Below, in pieces: positions 32,520-43,029 of a stretch of DNA of 64,000 nt (its first letter is position 1; each line of letters opens with the position of its first letter). A model generated the notes under the pieces. It saw nothing but the letters and a program-made list of their open reading frames with translations. It was not told the origin of the DNA and ran no database searches. The position numbers were made by a program, and so were the translations under genes. The DNA is from Nitrospirota bacterium (GTDB lineage Bacteria; Nitrospirota; UBA9217): the NCBI GenBank assembly GCA_963751455.1, contig CAVVUN010000012.1, positions 384,001 through 448,000 on the forward strand, written 5' to 3'.

Positions 32520-34177
32520 TTATCCTCTGCTGGCCTCTGCCGGCAGCGTGAAATAGAAGCTCGACCCTTCTCCCGGCTTCGATTCCACCCAGATCCGCCC
32601 GCCGTGCCGCTCAACGATCCTCCTGCATATCGACAGACCCACTCCTGTTCCGGGATATTCCTCCCTTGTATGCAACCGCTGGAATATCACGAAGATGCGT
32701 TCGGAGAAACGGGGCTCGATGCCTATGCCGTTGTCATGTACTCCAAAGACCCATTCGTTTCCTTTGCGCTGGGCGGAAATGTGTATGCGGAGCTGCACGT
32801 CCTTCTTCCTGAACTTGACCGCGTTTCCGACAAGGTTCTGAAACAGCTGCACGAGTTGAGTATAGTCCCCCTTCGCTTCCGGCATGGCATCCATGGTAAT
32901 CGCTGCTCCGCTTTCGCTTATTGTTTTTCTCAGGTTGCCGAGAGCCCGCTCCAGCACCTCGCCGACCTGTACCCGGTTGAAGGAACTGGCCTGTGTCGCG
33001 ACCCGGGAGAAAGCGAGCAGGTCATTGATCAATTCGGACATTCTGTTCGCGCCTTCGACTGCAAATGATATATACTTGTCCGCGTTCTGGTCCAGCTTGC
33101 CCTTATACTTCATGGCCAGAAGATCCACATAGCTGGAAACGGTCCTGAGCGGCTCCTGCAGGTCGTGCGACGCTATATAAGCAAACTGCTGAAGTTCTTT
33201 GTTGGAACGCTGCAGCTCGGTGATCAATCTCTCCCGTTCCTGTTCGGACTGACGCCGGTCCGTGATATCGACAACAACAGCAAGCAGGGCCCTCCTGCGG
33301 TTGTAGATGATCTCGGCGAACCGCATGTCCGCATCGATAACCTCGTTATTCTTTTTGCGGTGCCTGGTCTGAAGCCTGCCTTCTAATTTTTTTCCTCCGG
33401 TACAGCATTCTTTCGCCAGGCGCTCGAACTCTGTAAATTCTTCGGCTGTCCTGATGTCGGCAAGCGTAAGATGGTTGAACTCCTCCCTGCTGTATCCGTA
33501 ATGTTCTACCGCCGCATTGTTCACTTCGAGAAAAGCGAAGGTTTCGATATCAATGACGAACTTGGGCAGTGGACTTCTGTCGAACAACAGCCGGTAATGT
33601 TCCTCTCGCAGGCGCAACGCCTCCTCCAGCTCTTTGCGTTCGCTGATGTCAATAACCGCGGCACGGCAGCATTCCGCCTTGGCAGCTGGTTCCCGGGCAA
33701 ATACGAACTGCAAGCTGGCGTAGAAGAAGCTGCCGTCGCTTTTCCTGAGCTTGACATCGATCGCTTTCCCCGCCTTCGACAGGAGAACATCCTAAGAAGA
33801 TTGCGATAGCGCTGCCGCTCTGAGCGATCGCTGATGAACAGAGAGAACGGCCTCCTGATCAGCAACTGCTTCGGGATCCCGAGCATCGCCGCGCCAGTCG
33901 GGTTACGTCCAGAATGATCCCATCCTTGTCAAAGGTGAAATAGCCTGCGGGCGCAAATTCGTATAATTCTGCGTACCGGCGGCGAGAGAGTCCCAGGTCG
34001 CTCTGTATCCGTCGAAGCTCTTCATTCTGACTTTCCAGTTCAACCCGGTACACGCCTGCGTTGTGAACAAGCCGCGCAATCTCCTCTTTGGACAGCGTTG
34101 GCTGCTTTTCCAGCATTATTCTCAGCGGCTTTTTCCTTTTTTCCGCGGACCATAGCCAGTTTATGAGATGTTTTCAT
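32520..34177 (-). CDS. PAS-PAS histidine kinase, 5' part broken by apparent frameshifts
   Basis: GGAGG RBS and ATG at 34177. Fragments ELESQNEELRR / LYEFAPAGYFTFD (PAS), then an intact PAS-ASHDLQEPLR-HATPase in 32520-33713. Confidence 0.83.
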
Positions 34178-34430
34178 GGTCCTCCCTCAGCGCTTTTTTT
34201 CGCCGTACATGGATCTTTGATTATAATTATAAGCCTTTGCCCTGTTTGCATGAAATAGTTTAGAAAGCGCAAAGTAAGAAAGCAGGATTTAGTAGCAGAA
34301 AAGCAAGATCAATAGGAAACCGAGGTCCAGAGACGCGGATAAAAAAATGCCACCTAAGGGCTCCAGCACGCAAGACGGTATTCGTCTATGGGTCCTTTCG
34401 TGGCATAGCCTGCCTCTTATTTTGTCCTGC

Positions 34431-35655
34431 TTAGGCCGCGAGTTTTTCCGATGGAGTGACCTCCACCTTTGATCCAGCCCGGCTTGCGCTCGTCGAAAGC
34501 CTTGTACGCGTCGATTACCGAGGTCAGGGGTTCTATATTCGAAAGAATCTGCTCCGGATCGACAACATGGCTTTTCACGAGTTCCATCAGGTGCGGAATA
34601 TATTTGCGATGATTGCAATTTCCCCCTTTGATCGTAAGGTTCTTGTTCACCGCTTTTCCGAACGGGAAGAACTCGAAGCTCTCGGGATAGTCGCCGATTA
34701 TGGATATCGTGCCCGCCTTTGCAACCGCTTCTACCGCCCAGTCCAATGCCTGCGAAGGCGCGTCTCCCGGGACCCAGTTCGGGCCTTTCGGGCTGATCCG
34801 GGGCGCGACCTGTTTGACTTCCCGCTTGAACTCCTCATCTTTCTGGTAGGCCTGCTCGCAGCGGGTCCGCTGTCGGATGCACAGCGTCCACTCCTACAGC
34901 GTCTATAACGCGGTCCACTCCGATGCCGCCGGTTTGTTCGATGATCACGGCGACCGGATCGTCTTCATCGAAGTTGATCACTTCCGCGCCCTGGTTCTGG
35001 GCCAGTTCCAGCCGCGACGGGATCCTGTCAACGGCAAACACCCGGCCGGCGCCCATAAGAAAAGCGCTCACGATCGAAAATAATTGTACCGGTCCGCACC
35101 CGAAAACAGCAACGGTGTTACCCGGCTTGATCTCCGCGTTTTCGGCCCCGAAGTGCCGGTGGGGAATATGTCGGACAGCATGATCGCCTGGCTGTCGGTA
35201 ATTTCATCCGGAATTTTAATGAGATTGATGTTTGCATACGGGATACTGGCCGCTTCCGCCTGCAGCCCGTGAAACGACCCGGAAGATTTCGGACCGCCGA
35301 GATACGCCGTACCCGCCCGCCGTCCGTTCGGATTGACGTTGTCGCACTGGGCAAAATAACCGCTTCTGCAGTACGAGCAGTAGCCGCACCCAAGTGTCGA
35401 TGAAATCACAACCCTGTCGCCGATCGTCAGGTTGCGTACTTCGGCCCCCACCTCCGAAACTATTCCCACGCCTTCATGGCCGAGTATGGTGCCCGGCTCC
35501 ATCCCTCCCATGGTGCCGCGAATCATATGAAGGTCTGTCCCGCAAATTGCGCTCGCCGTCAGCTTGACGATCGCATCATGGGGGTCCCGAAGCTTGGGCG
35601 CCTCCACCTCCTCCAGCCTGATATCGCCTATATCATGAAATACAACTGCTTTCAT
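34431..35655 (-). CDS. Zinc-dependent alcohol/formaldehyde dehydrogenase-like (MDR family), frameshifted
   Basis: ICGTDLH, GHEGVG, CGYCSYC...C, LSDIFPTG, VIDAVGVDA, GNCNHRKY across three fragments. Probable end WIKVEVTPSEKLAA*. Confidence 0.87.
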
Positions 35656-35780
35656 TTTTTATGTCCTCCTTTCGGAAAATCCTTTCCAAAGTGTGGGAGG
35701 CCGATACTGAAAAAGGTACAACAATACTGTGTTGTTCTAACGCTCTTGATATGTTCAGTATATCGCCTGCACAAAGTTCT

Positions 35781-35810
35781 AGGGAGGCAGCCCCGAGGCC
35801 TCCCTTTTTT
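35781..35810 (+). terminator. Intrinsic terminator-like hairpin
   Basis: agggaggc-N9-gcctccct followed by a T run. Confidence 0.5.
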
Positions 35811-35837
35811 GACAACAGGGATGCTCGCTGTTAGAGT
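35809..35837 (+). promoter_or_regulatory. Putative sigma70 promoter
   Basis: TTGACA-N17-TAGAGT with an extended -10 TG, ~60 bp upstream of the ATG at 35897. Confidence 0.5.
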
Positions 35838-35896
35838 TTTATAAGAAGATGTTCATATTTTGCGTATTTCTTTTTCCCCATACTTCAGGAAAACAC

Positions 35897-36356
35897 ATGG
35901 AAGCACTCACCTGGCGCGAAGTGGATTTCAGCGGTGTCGTACTGGCCGGCCTGATCGGCGGTTACCTCATGGCCATCTCCGGCTTGTGGGCGGGTAAAGT
36001 GCCGGGCCTTACAGCGTTTGACATCGCGGATTTCGGCCGGCGATATATCGTATCCGACCGTCCAAGCGCCTGGTATTTCGGAATGGCATCGCACCTGGCA
36101 AACAGCGTCATCTTCACGCTCTCCTGGGCCGCGCTCATTGAACCGAACCTTTCCTGGCCCCGCCCCCTCGAAGGGCTGCTCTGGGGTGAAACGCTTGCCG
36201 TGTTTCTTGCCCGGCGGAATGATCGCCCCTCTTTCCGGAATGGGTTTCATGGGACGCCGGACCGGAAGCCCGCGGTTCGGCATAACTAGTATTTTGCTTC
36301 ATGCAATCTGGGGCATCAGCATCGGCTTGATTTACTCTCCGGGAATGCACTCATGA
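35897..36356 (+). CDS. Small multi-TM membrane protein of unknown function (one apparent frameshift ~36208)
   Basis: MEALTWREVDFSGVVLAGLIGG...SHLANSV...LLHAIWG. Two intramembrane His. Stop overlaps the next ATG (ATGA). Confidence 0.7.
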
Positions 36357-38572
36357 ATGGAAGCGTCCGGATCCCGAATCCCGTCGATATATTGTATGGG
36401 GGCGGCGTTTCCCTGTCGTGCAGCAGGGACGGCCAGATCTTTGCCGATGGGCTTCACGGACTCTTCGCAGGTGACACGCGCGTCCTTTCCACGTATCGGA
36501 TCAGCATAGGAGGCGCGTCGTGGAAATTGCTCGGCCGCGCCAGAACCGGCTCATCGGATGCCGAATGGCATTTTCAAAATCCCGCTGTAAGATCGCCCTC
36601 GTCCGAAATACCGGCCGGCAAGATCCTGCTCAGCTTGAAGCGCAGGATCGCCGGTGCGCTGCATGACGACCTCCGCGTCTGCTCTTATTTCGGACAGCCG
36701 GCTCAGGTGAGGCTCGTCCTTCAGCTCGATGCGGATTTCGCCGACATCTTCCAGGTGAAGCAGCAAAATCTTCCTCCTCGCCTGAACGTATTGCGCATTG
36801 CCGGTCTGAACACGCTCACGCTGCTGTATGATAGAGCCGGTTTCCGGCGAGGCCTCCGCGTTCGTTTTGATCCGTCCGGCGGCAAGGCATTCCATATCGG
36901 GACCCAGACGATTTTTGAACTCGATCTGCTGCCCAACTTGGAATGGACCTGCTGTATTGAGGCCTGCCCGGTGATAGACGGGCAGGTAATCGGCTTCGCC
37001 GGGGACCCGCACGCGAGCAAAGAGCTGCTCACGCACGCCAAGCCCGCTGCCGGCCTGCTTATCCGCACAGGCGCTATACTGCAAGCTCCGTTTGAGCGCG
37101 GCCGCATTGATCTGCGGTCATTAGCCTTATCCGCGAACGGCGGGCCGCTTCATATCGCCGCCGGCGTTCCATGGTTCTTTACCCTGTTCGGCCGGGATCA
37201 GCTTATCGCCGCGCTCATGGCCGGGCTAGACGGTCCCTGGTCTGCGAAGGGCGCCCTCGAATCGCTTGCACCGTTGCAGGCGCGCGATCGCGATGACTGG
37301 CGCGACGCGGAGCCGGGCAAACTTCCTCACGAACTGCGCCGGGGAGAACTGGCTTCGCAAGGGCTTATCCCTCACACACCCTACTATGGGACCCACGATG
37401 CTCCTGCCCTCTACTGCCTCTTGTTATGGCAGGCATGGCGATGGACAGGGGACCGCGCGCTCCTTGCGCGGTATCTCAAGACAGCGCGAAGGGCGCTCTC
37501 CTGGTGCGAAAAGCTGGGTGACCGTGACGGCGACGGGTTCCAGGAATACGAAACCAGAAGCACTAAAGGCTACTACAACCAGGGCTGGAAGGATTCGGAG
37601 GATGCGGTTGTGCACTCGGACGGCCGTAAGGCGGAAACTCCGCTCGCAACCGTCGAGCTGCAAGGCTACCTGTTTGCCGCTTATCTCGCTGTCGCGGAGC
37701 TTTTGACAGAAACAGGAGAGAGAGAGGAATCAGGCCAGCTCATCCGCAAAGCGCAGACGCTTCGTTCCCGTGTCGAGAAAGCCTTCTGGATGAAAAACGA
37801 AGGGTTCTACGCAATGGCGCTCGACCGGTCTAAGCGGCAGGTGGCCGGCCTTTCATCTAATCCGGGACACCTGCTCTGGTGCGGACTTCCTGCACAGGGC
37901 ACGCGCCGGACTTCTTGCCGCGCGCTTTCTTCAGAAGGACCTCTTTTCCGGCTGGGGGATCAGGACCTTGTCGTCCTCCAACCCGGCATATAATCCGCTT
38001 GCATATCAGCTCGGCTCGGTCTGGCCCTTCGACACGGCTCTTATTGCTGCCGGATTATGGCGGTACGGATTCCGGGAGGAAGCTGGAATACTGCTGCGGT
38101 CTCTTCTGGAAGCTGCTGCGAGATTCGAGGAAGAACGGCTTCCTGAGGCTCTTCTGCGGGGTGGATCGTTCGGCAGGCGGGCCGATCCCCTACGAAGAGG
38201 CAAACATACCTCAGGCCGTGGTCTGCCGCTGTCCCCCTGCTTGCAGCACAGCTTTTTCTGGGACTGCTTCCCTACGCGCCCCGGGGACGCTGTTTTCTTT
38301 CGCCCTGGCTTCCGGAATGGCTGCCTGAGCTCGAATTAAGCGGGATAGCCGTAGGTCAAACGGAGATCAATATCAAACTCACGCGGCGGGGCAGCGAGAC
38401 GTTGATTGACCGGATCGAGGCGAAAGGCCTTGAGATCGTCCGGGGGCTTCCGGTAGCGCCGCTATGGGGAGAGCCGATGGATCGCGCAAATTTTACGCTT
38501 AAAAAGGTTACAACCTGCCGGGTCTGCTACATGCGCATAAGTCGACCCTGGCTTCACACCAGTGTACCCTAG
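36353..38572 (+). CDS. Amylo-alpha-1,6-glucosidase / glycogen debranching-type glycoside hydrolase, 3' part frameshifted
   Basis: GDTRVLS, DADFADIFQV, AAGVPWFFTLFGRD, EPGKLPHELR, NQGWKDS, SNPGHLLW, YQLGSVWPFD, RLPE, PQA motifs. Confidence 0.87.
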
Positions 38573-38630
38573 CTAATGTGCACATGATCGCTTGGTAACT
38601 TGCGACTTTGTTCAGAACCGGAAGGAACTT

Positions 38631-38731
38631 TCCGCGCAAAGTTGCCATGCTCGCAAAGAAAAGCTAAATAATATGATGTTCGAATCAAGAACTAAGGATT
38701 TCCTTTGCGTCTTCTGCAGGTTCTGCGCGAG
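38631..38731. repeat. Degenerate cgcgcaaag...ctttgcg...tgcgcgaga palindrome between convergent genes
   Basis: Similar to 8424-8522. Confidence 0.5.
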
Positions 38732-38751
38732 ACGTCTTGCATCCTGGCTCG

Positions 38752-39632
38752 TTAGTGAAACAGCGTGATCACTACGAATCCGGCGAACATGAGCAAGCCG
38801 CCGGCCAGCCGGCCGCCGATCTCTTTTTCGCGGAAAAAGATAAACCCGTACAGGCTTCCGATCAGCAAACTGGTGCGCTTGATCGAGATGACATAAGCGA
38901 CGTTGCCCAGACTTATTGCAGCGTAATGCGTAATTGCCATAAGCGAAGTGAACACCGCGGGAAGGGCTGCAAATTTGAGATTATTACGAAGAGCGCCTGA
39001 GAGAGTCTGCGCCCGCGCTGATTCAGCGCGACAATCGGAAGCAGGCATACCATAACTGCCAGATAATAGCTCGCCGCGAAAAAGGGCGCTGACGAGTGAG
39101 TAACCGCGACTTTTCCGAGCGATGACGTAACGCTGTAGATCAACGCAACACATATCATATACACTGACCCGCGTTCTTTCGCTATCGCCCTGAATGGCTC
39201 CAGAAACCCCGCCCGCACCGTCCTGATATTAAGCGTATAACCTCCCAGCACTATGAGTGCAATGCCTGCGCTCCCAACAGGAGAAACCGTCTCTCCGGCG
39301 ATGGTCCGCGAAAAAAAAATCAGGAACAGCGGGGTAAGGGACTGAAACGGGAGAGTCGCGCTGAGGGGAGAAAGGCGCAGGGCCTTGATGTAGAGAACGA
39401 TTGCAAGGATCTCGAGAGGCAGCGCCGCGCAGAACGCGAATACAAACGTGCGGTCAAGCGCGGGCATGGAGGAAAAAAACAGATAGACCGCCAAAACCGG
39501 AAAGGCCAGGGAAGTCCTGAGCCATGCCATGACCAGTTCGTTGTCCGGTCGCAGCTCTTTTTTTGTGAGCGCATCGCTGGTTGCAAGCGAAAAAGCGCAA
39601 ATGACGGAGAGGATGATCCAGGACTCGGGCAT
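38752..39632 (-). CDS. EamA/DMT family transporter (one apparent frameshift ~39000)
   Basis: Multiple TM helices across two ORFs. YIKALRLSPLS, VAYVISIKRTS, FFREK motifs. Confidence 0.87.
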
Positions 39633-39686
39633 GGTGTCGATGATAACATAGAACTGTCATTGACAATAAAAGAATTTTGGTATGTT

Positions 39687-39813
39687 TGTCATTTCGACCA
39701 GAGGGAGAAATCTTTCCCACTTCACTTTTATCCGATACTTTGTGCCGGTATTGGGATTTATCGCTGAATTGCCGAACAGCAAAAACAGATTTCTCGCTTC
39801 ACTCGAAATGGCA
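39687..39813. repeat. REP-doublet-like element (tgtcatttcgaccagagggagaaatc ... agatttctcgcttcactcgaaatggca)
   Basis: Arms nearly identical to 19591-19702, with an unrelated spacer. Confidence 0.75.
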
Positions 39814-39837
39814 AGCGGAGGCAAGGCAAGCGCCCGT

Positions 39838-41349
39838 CTACGGCTGCACGCCCGTGTGGCAATCGAAGCATCTGCCCTGTTTCCATGCGTCCCCGATGTC
39901 AACGGGGTGTTTGAAGTCGAGGCCGGTCTCGGCGGTGATCACTTCTCCTTTCATCCCGGGCCCCTGCCCGATGATGATATGGCATGTCCGGCAGTCATTC
40001 ATGATCAGCGTCCCGGTGCTGCTCGCGTGCTTGCCGTCATGGCAGCGCATGCAGCCGGGATAAATGAAGTGCCCTATGTCGTCCGGGTAGTCCTTCCAGC
40101 TTGCGTTCATAATCGGAAAGATATTTCGCTGATATGCCGCTTGTACATTCAGGATCGCCTCTTTTATCTCTTTCTCGTTTTGCAGCGCAATTCTGCGATA
40201 ATTTAACCGGTAGAAGTCCGTGATCGCGCCTGCTATGCCCCGCAGTGCTTCCTGCTCTGATCGGTATTCCCTGATCATTGCTTCCACTGAAATCTTCTTG
40301 ATCTCAGGCAGCTCCGGACTGATTCTTCCGGTTGCCAGGGCAAGGTCGATCGCGTAATCAGGAGACTGGAAATCGTGGCTCGGCCGGTTATGGCAATCCA
40401 TGCAGTCCATGGTCCTCGGCTGCGCTTCCGCAACCTGCTTATCGCTCAGAGGTTTTGCCGTATCCCGATACATCGTCACCCGGCCCGTCATGTTGTCCGT
40501 TACCCTGATCCACGGAATGTCCTGTCTTCGTTCATCGCGCGCAATATATTGCACCGTAACCGCTATATTCATATGCCAGTGAATGCCCGCAGTCTGGCTC
40601 GTTTTCGGGCTTCCCCCGCCGATCCTCATCAGCATATTGATCGGCCATCTGGAATTCGCTTTGTCGTACCGGTAATGAACGAACTCCTGCTGCTTGGAAC
40701 CGAAGAACTGACGGGGCCAATGGCAGGTCTCGCAGGTCTCGCGGGCCGGCCGGAGTTGCTCTATAGGAGTTGGAATCGGCCGCGGGTATACATTTGCGAG
40801 GACCGCGTATACCTGGTAAAGGCCTGAGAGCTTGGACCGTGCATACCAGCCCGCTCCCGGGCCGATGTGGCAGTTGACGCATCTCACCCGGGCATGGGGA
40901 GAACCCTGGTACGCGACGTATTCCGGCTTCATTACTTTATGGCAGGTCAGGCCGCAGAACGAAACTGATTCAGTGTAATGATAGGCCTGGTAAATTCCGA
41001 CGGAGCTGAAGAGCATGAATAGAAATGTTGCGAGCAGAAAGATGGCAGTAGTTTTGCGCTGACCGGGATTGTTCAGATCCACGGATGGCCATCTTCGATA
41101 ACTGACTTCTCCGGTCCGCTGACGCCTGCGCCATTCAAGGAACATGCCGAGCGGTATCAGGAACAGGCCTGCGATAAGAAACCCGGGCATAACGATATAT
41201 GCCAAGATACCGACGTACGGATTGATCCCCCGGGTAACGAGACTGATTACGACGAAGAAGAGGATCGTGAGTATAGATAGCCCGGCAACAACTGCGCCAA
41301 TGGTGCTGATCCAGTTTTTGAATAAGTGCGGCAATTTCGGAGTTTGCAT
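39838..41349 (-). CDS. imcH: Inner-membrane heptaheme c-type cytochrome, NapC/NirT-related, ImcH-like
   Basis: 503 aa, three N-terminal TM helices. CGLTCH plus six CxxCH (CVNCH, CETCH, CMDCH, CMRCH, CRTCH, CFDCH). GSPHARV, LRPARETC, GIHWH and HPVDIGD match Geobacter ImcH as recalled. Confidence 0.75.
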   Translation of the reverse strand: MQTPKLPHLFKNWISTIGAVVAGLSILTILFFVVISLVTRGINPYVGILAYIVMPGFLIAGLFLIPLGMFLEWRRRQRTGEVSYRRWPSVDLNNPGQRKTTAIFLLATFLFMLFSSVGIYQAYHYTESVSFCGLTCHKVMKPEYVAYQGSPHARVRCVNCHIGPGAGWYARSKLSGLYQVYAVLANVYPRPIPTPIEQLRPARETCETCHWPRQFFGSKQQEFVHYRYDKANSRWPINMLMRIGGGSPKTSQTAGIHWHMNIAVTVQYIARDERRQDIPWIRVTDNMTGRVTMYRDTAKPLSDKQVAEAQPRTMDCMDCHNRPSHDFQSPDYAIDLALATGRISPELPEIKKISVEAMIREYRSEQEALRGIAGAITDFYRLNYRRIALQNEKEIKEAILNVQAAYQRNIFPIMNASWKDYPDDIGHFIYPGCMRCHDGKHASSTGTLIMNDCRTCHIIIGQGPGMKGEVITAETGLDFKHPVDIGDAWKQGRCFDCHTGVQP

Positions 41350-41624
41350 TTAGGAACCTTTCCGGATAAATAGATGCGCTTTCTTTTTCAGTATATCGCG
41401 CACGTTTCAATTGTTCGTAAAAGGAGTCCTTGGTATGACGAAGAGAAAATATCGCGCCGATTTATAAACTTAGCTGGTCTAACCAACCCGGAACGGGCTG
41501 ATAATTAAATTCAACCGTCTTTCGGAGATATGATGAAGCAAGCGCACTTTAACTAAAATCTCCATTCATTCGGATACGTGACATGCCCGGTTGCGAAAGG
41601 GTCGAAGTGAGCTAAAGTTGAAAC

Positions 41625-42095
41625 ATGAAGCCTTTAATAATTACGTTGTTCCTTTCCAGCGCGCTCTTCCTAATCGCTCTGGCGTCCGATTCTCTGTCGG
41701 TGTCCTGCCCGCCAACCGAAGCCGACATGCTCGGTCCCTTTTATAAGCCTGATGCACCGGTCAGATCGAATGTGGACAATGTGGACACGGGCTACAAATT
41801 AGCCGGTGTCGTAAAATCATCTCGGGACTGCGCGCCGCTTCCTCATGCGAAGCTGGAATTCTGGCTTGCAGGCCCGGACGGGCAGTATGATGATGCCCAT
41901 CGAGCAACGGTCTTCGCGGACAAGTCCGGTTCGTATATGTTCGAAAGCAACGTCCCCGGAACATACGGGGGAAGGCCTCCGCATATCCATCTTCGGGTAA
42001 CGGCCGATGGTTTTCGTACGCTTGTGACCCAGCACTACCCTGAACAGGGCAATAAAGAAGCCGCTTTCGATCTGGTGCTTTTACCTGTCCGGTAA
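41625..42095 (+). CDS. Exported intradiol ring-cleavage dioxygenase-like protein
   Basis: Signal-peptide-like N-terminus. GPFY, GQYD and PGTYGGRPPHIHLRV give the Tyr/Tyr/His/His Fe ligands. Confidence 0.83.
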   Translation: MKPLIITLFLSSALFLIALASDSLSVSCPPTEADMLGPFYKPDAPVRSNVDNVDTGYKLAGVVKSSRDCAPLPHAKLEFWLAGPDGQYDDAHRATVFADKSGSYMFESNVPGTYGGRPPHIHLRVTADGFRTLVTQHYPEQGNKEAAFDLVLLPVR

Positions 42096-42158
42096 AGGAG
42101 AGTAGTCCTTTTTTACTTCATATTTCTTGCTTCTTCATTCTTCCTTCTATGTTCTCCC

Positions 42159-42827
42159 TTACGCATGTCCTCCGACGTGGGAGAAGCACTCGTCCTGAAT
42201 TCGCAGAGTCGAAGCCAGGGACAGATGCGCAAGCCCCATTCTGACCGATACGCCAAGCCAGATTATGGCAGCGCCGAACAACAGCCCGCCCACGGTTCCG
42301 ACAGCAGACGGCAGGGGTGGGGTAAACATCAACAGCGGCGCCCCAAGGAAAAGAATGCCGTTGACAACGGGTATCGTCCTGGATGACACGAGGTATCCGG
42401 CAAGAAGCAGGAACCCGAGGGCGGCGATAAGCATCGAAATGCCGATCATTGTGCCGAGCGGCCCGCTCAGCAGGGGACCGGTTTCGCTCAAAAGCGGCTG
42501 ATATTCCGGACTGCGCGCGATAACCGGCAGCACGGTTGCCTCGAAGAAGAACATGATGCCCGTGAGAAGCAGGTTGCCGAGCATGGCAAGTCCGAAGGCC
42601 GCTCTGCCAAACGAGCTGATATTGATGTTCATAACCGCAAGCAACGCAGCGAGCCCGGCAAACCCGAACAGGGTCGAAAAGCCCATCATGATATGCACCG
42701 GCATCCATGCGCGAGTTGCCGCATACCCCGGCTCAGACATGTCAGGATGAAAAAGCACACCTATAGCCAGAAGAATGCCGGAAATAATAAGGAGCATACT
42801 GCTCCGATTTAACATTTTAGTCGTCAT
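42159..42827 (-). CDS. Hypothetical multi-pass membrane protein
   Basis: GGAGGT RBS, about 6 hydrophobic helices, own promoter upstream. Confidence 0.75.
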   Translation of the reverse strand: MTTKMLNRSSMLLIISGILLAIGVLFHPDMSEPGYAATRAWMPVHIMMGFSTLFGFAGLAALLAVMNINISSFGRAAFGLAMLGNLLLTGIMFFFEATVLPVIARSPEYQPLLSETGPLLSGPLGTMIGISMLIAALGFLLLAGYLVSSRTIPVVNGILFLGAPLLMFTPPLPSAVGTVGGLLFGAAIIWLGVSVRMGLAHLSLASTLRIQDECFSHVGGHA

Positions 42828-42858
42828 TGCACACCTCCTTACCGATTACTGCTAACAA

Positions 42859-42888
42859 ATTGTATCTCCCGGCAACCGCGGTTGTCAA
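42859..42888 (-). promoter_or_regulatory. Putative sigma70 promoter overlapped by a 12-bp palindrome
   Basis: Minus strand TTGACA-N18-TACAAT. CAACCGCGGTTG at 42873-42884. Confidence 0.55.
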
Positions 42889-43029
42889 TTTCTCGACCAC
42901 CGATTTTGAGGTCAAGGAATGCCCGCGCTCAATAGCTTCAATAGTATGAAGGCGAGTATGGGGCGGATCATGTGGCTTTTTCATGTGCGGTATATTTAAA
43001 ATACGGTTTGGCGGTCGGGAGGTGTTGGA

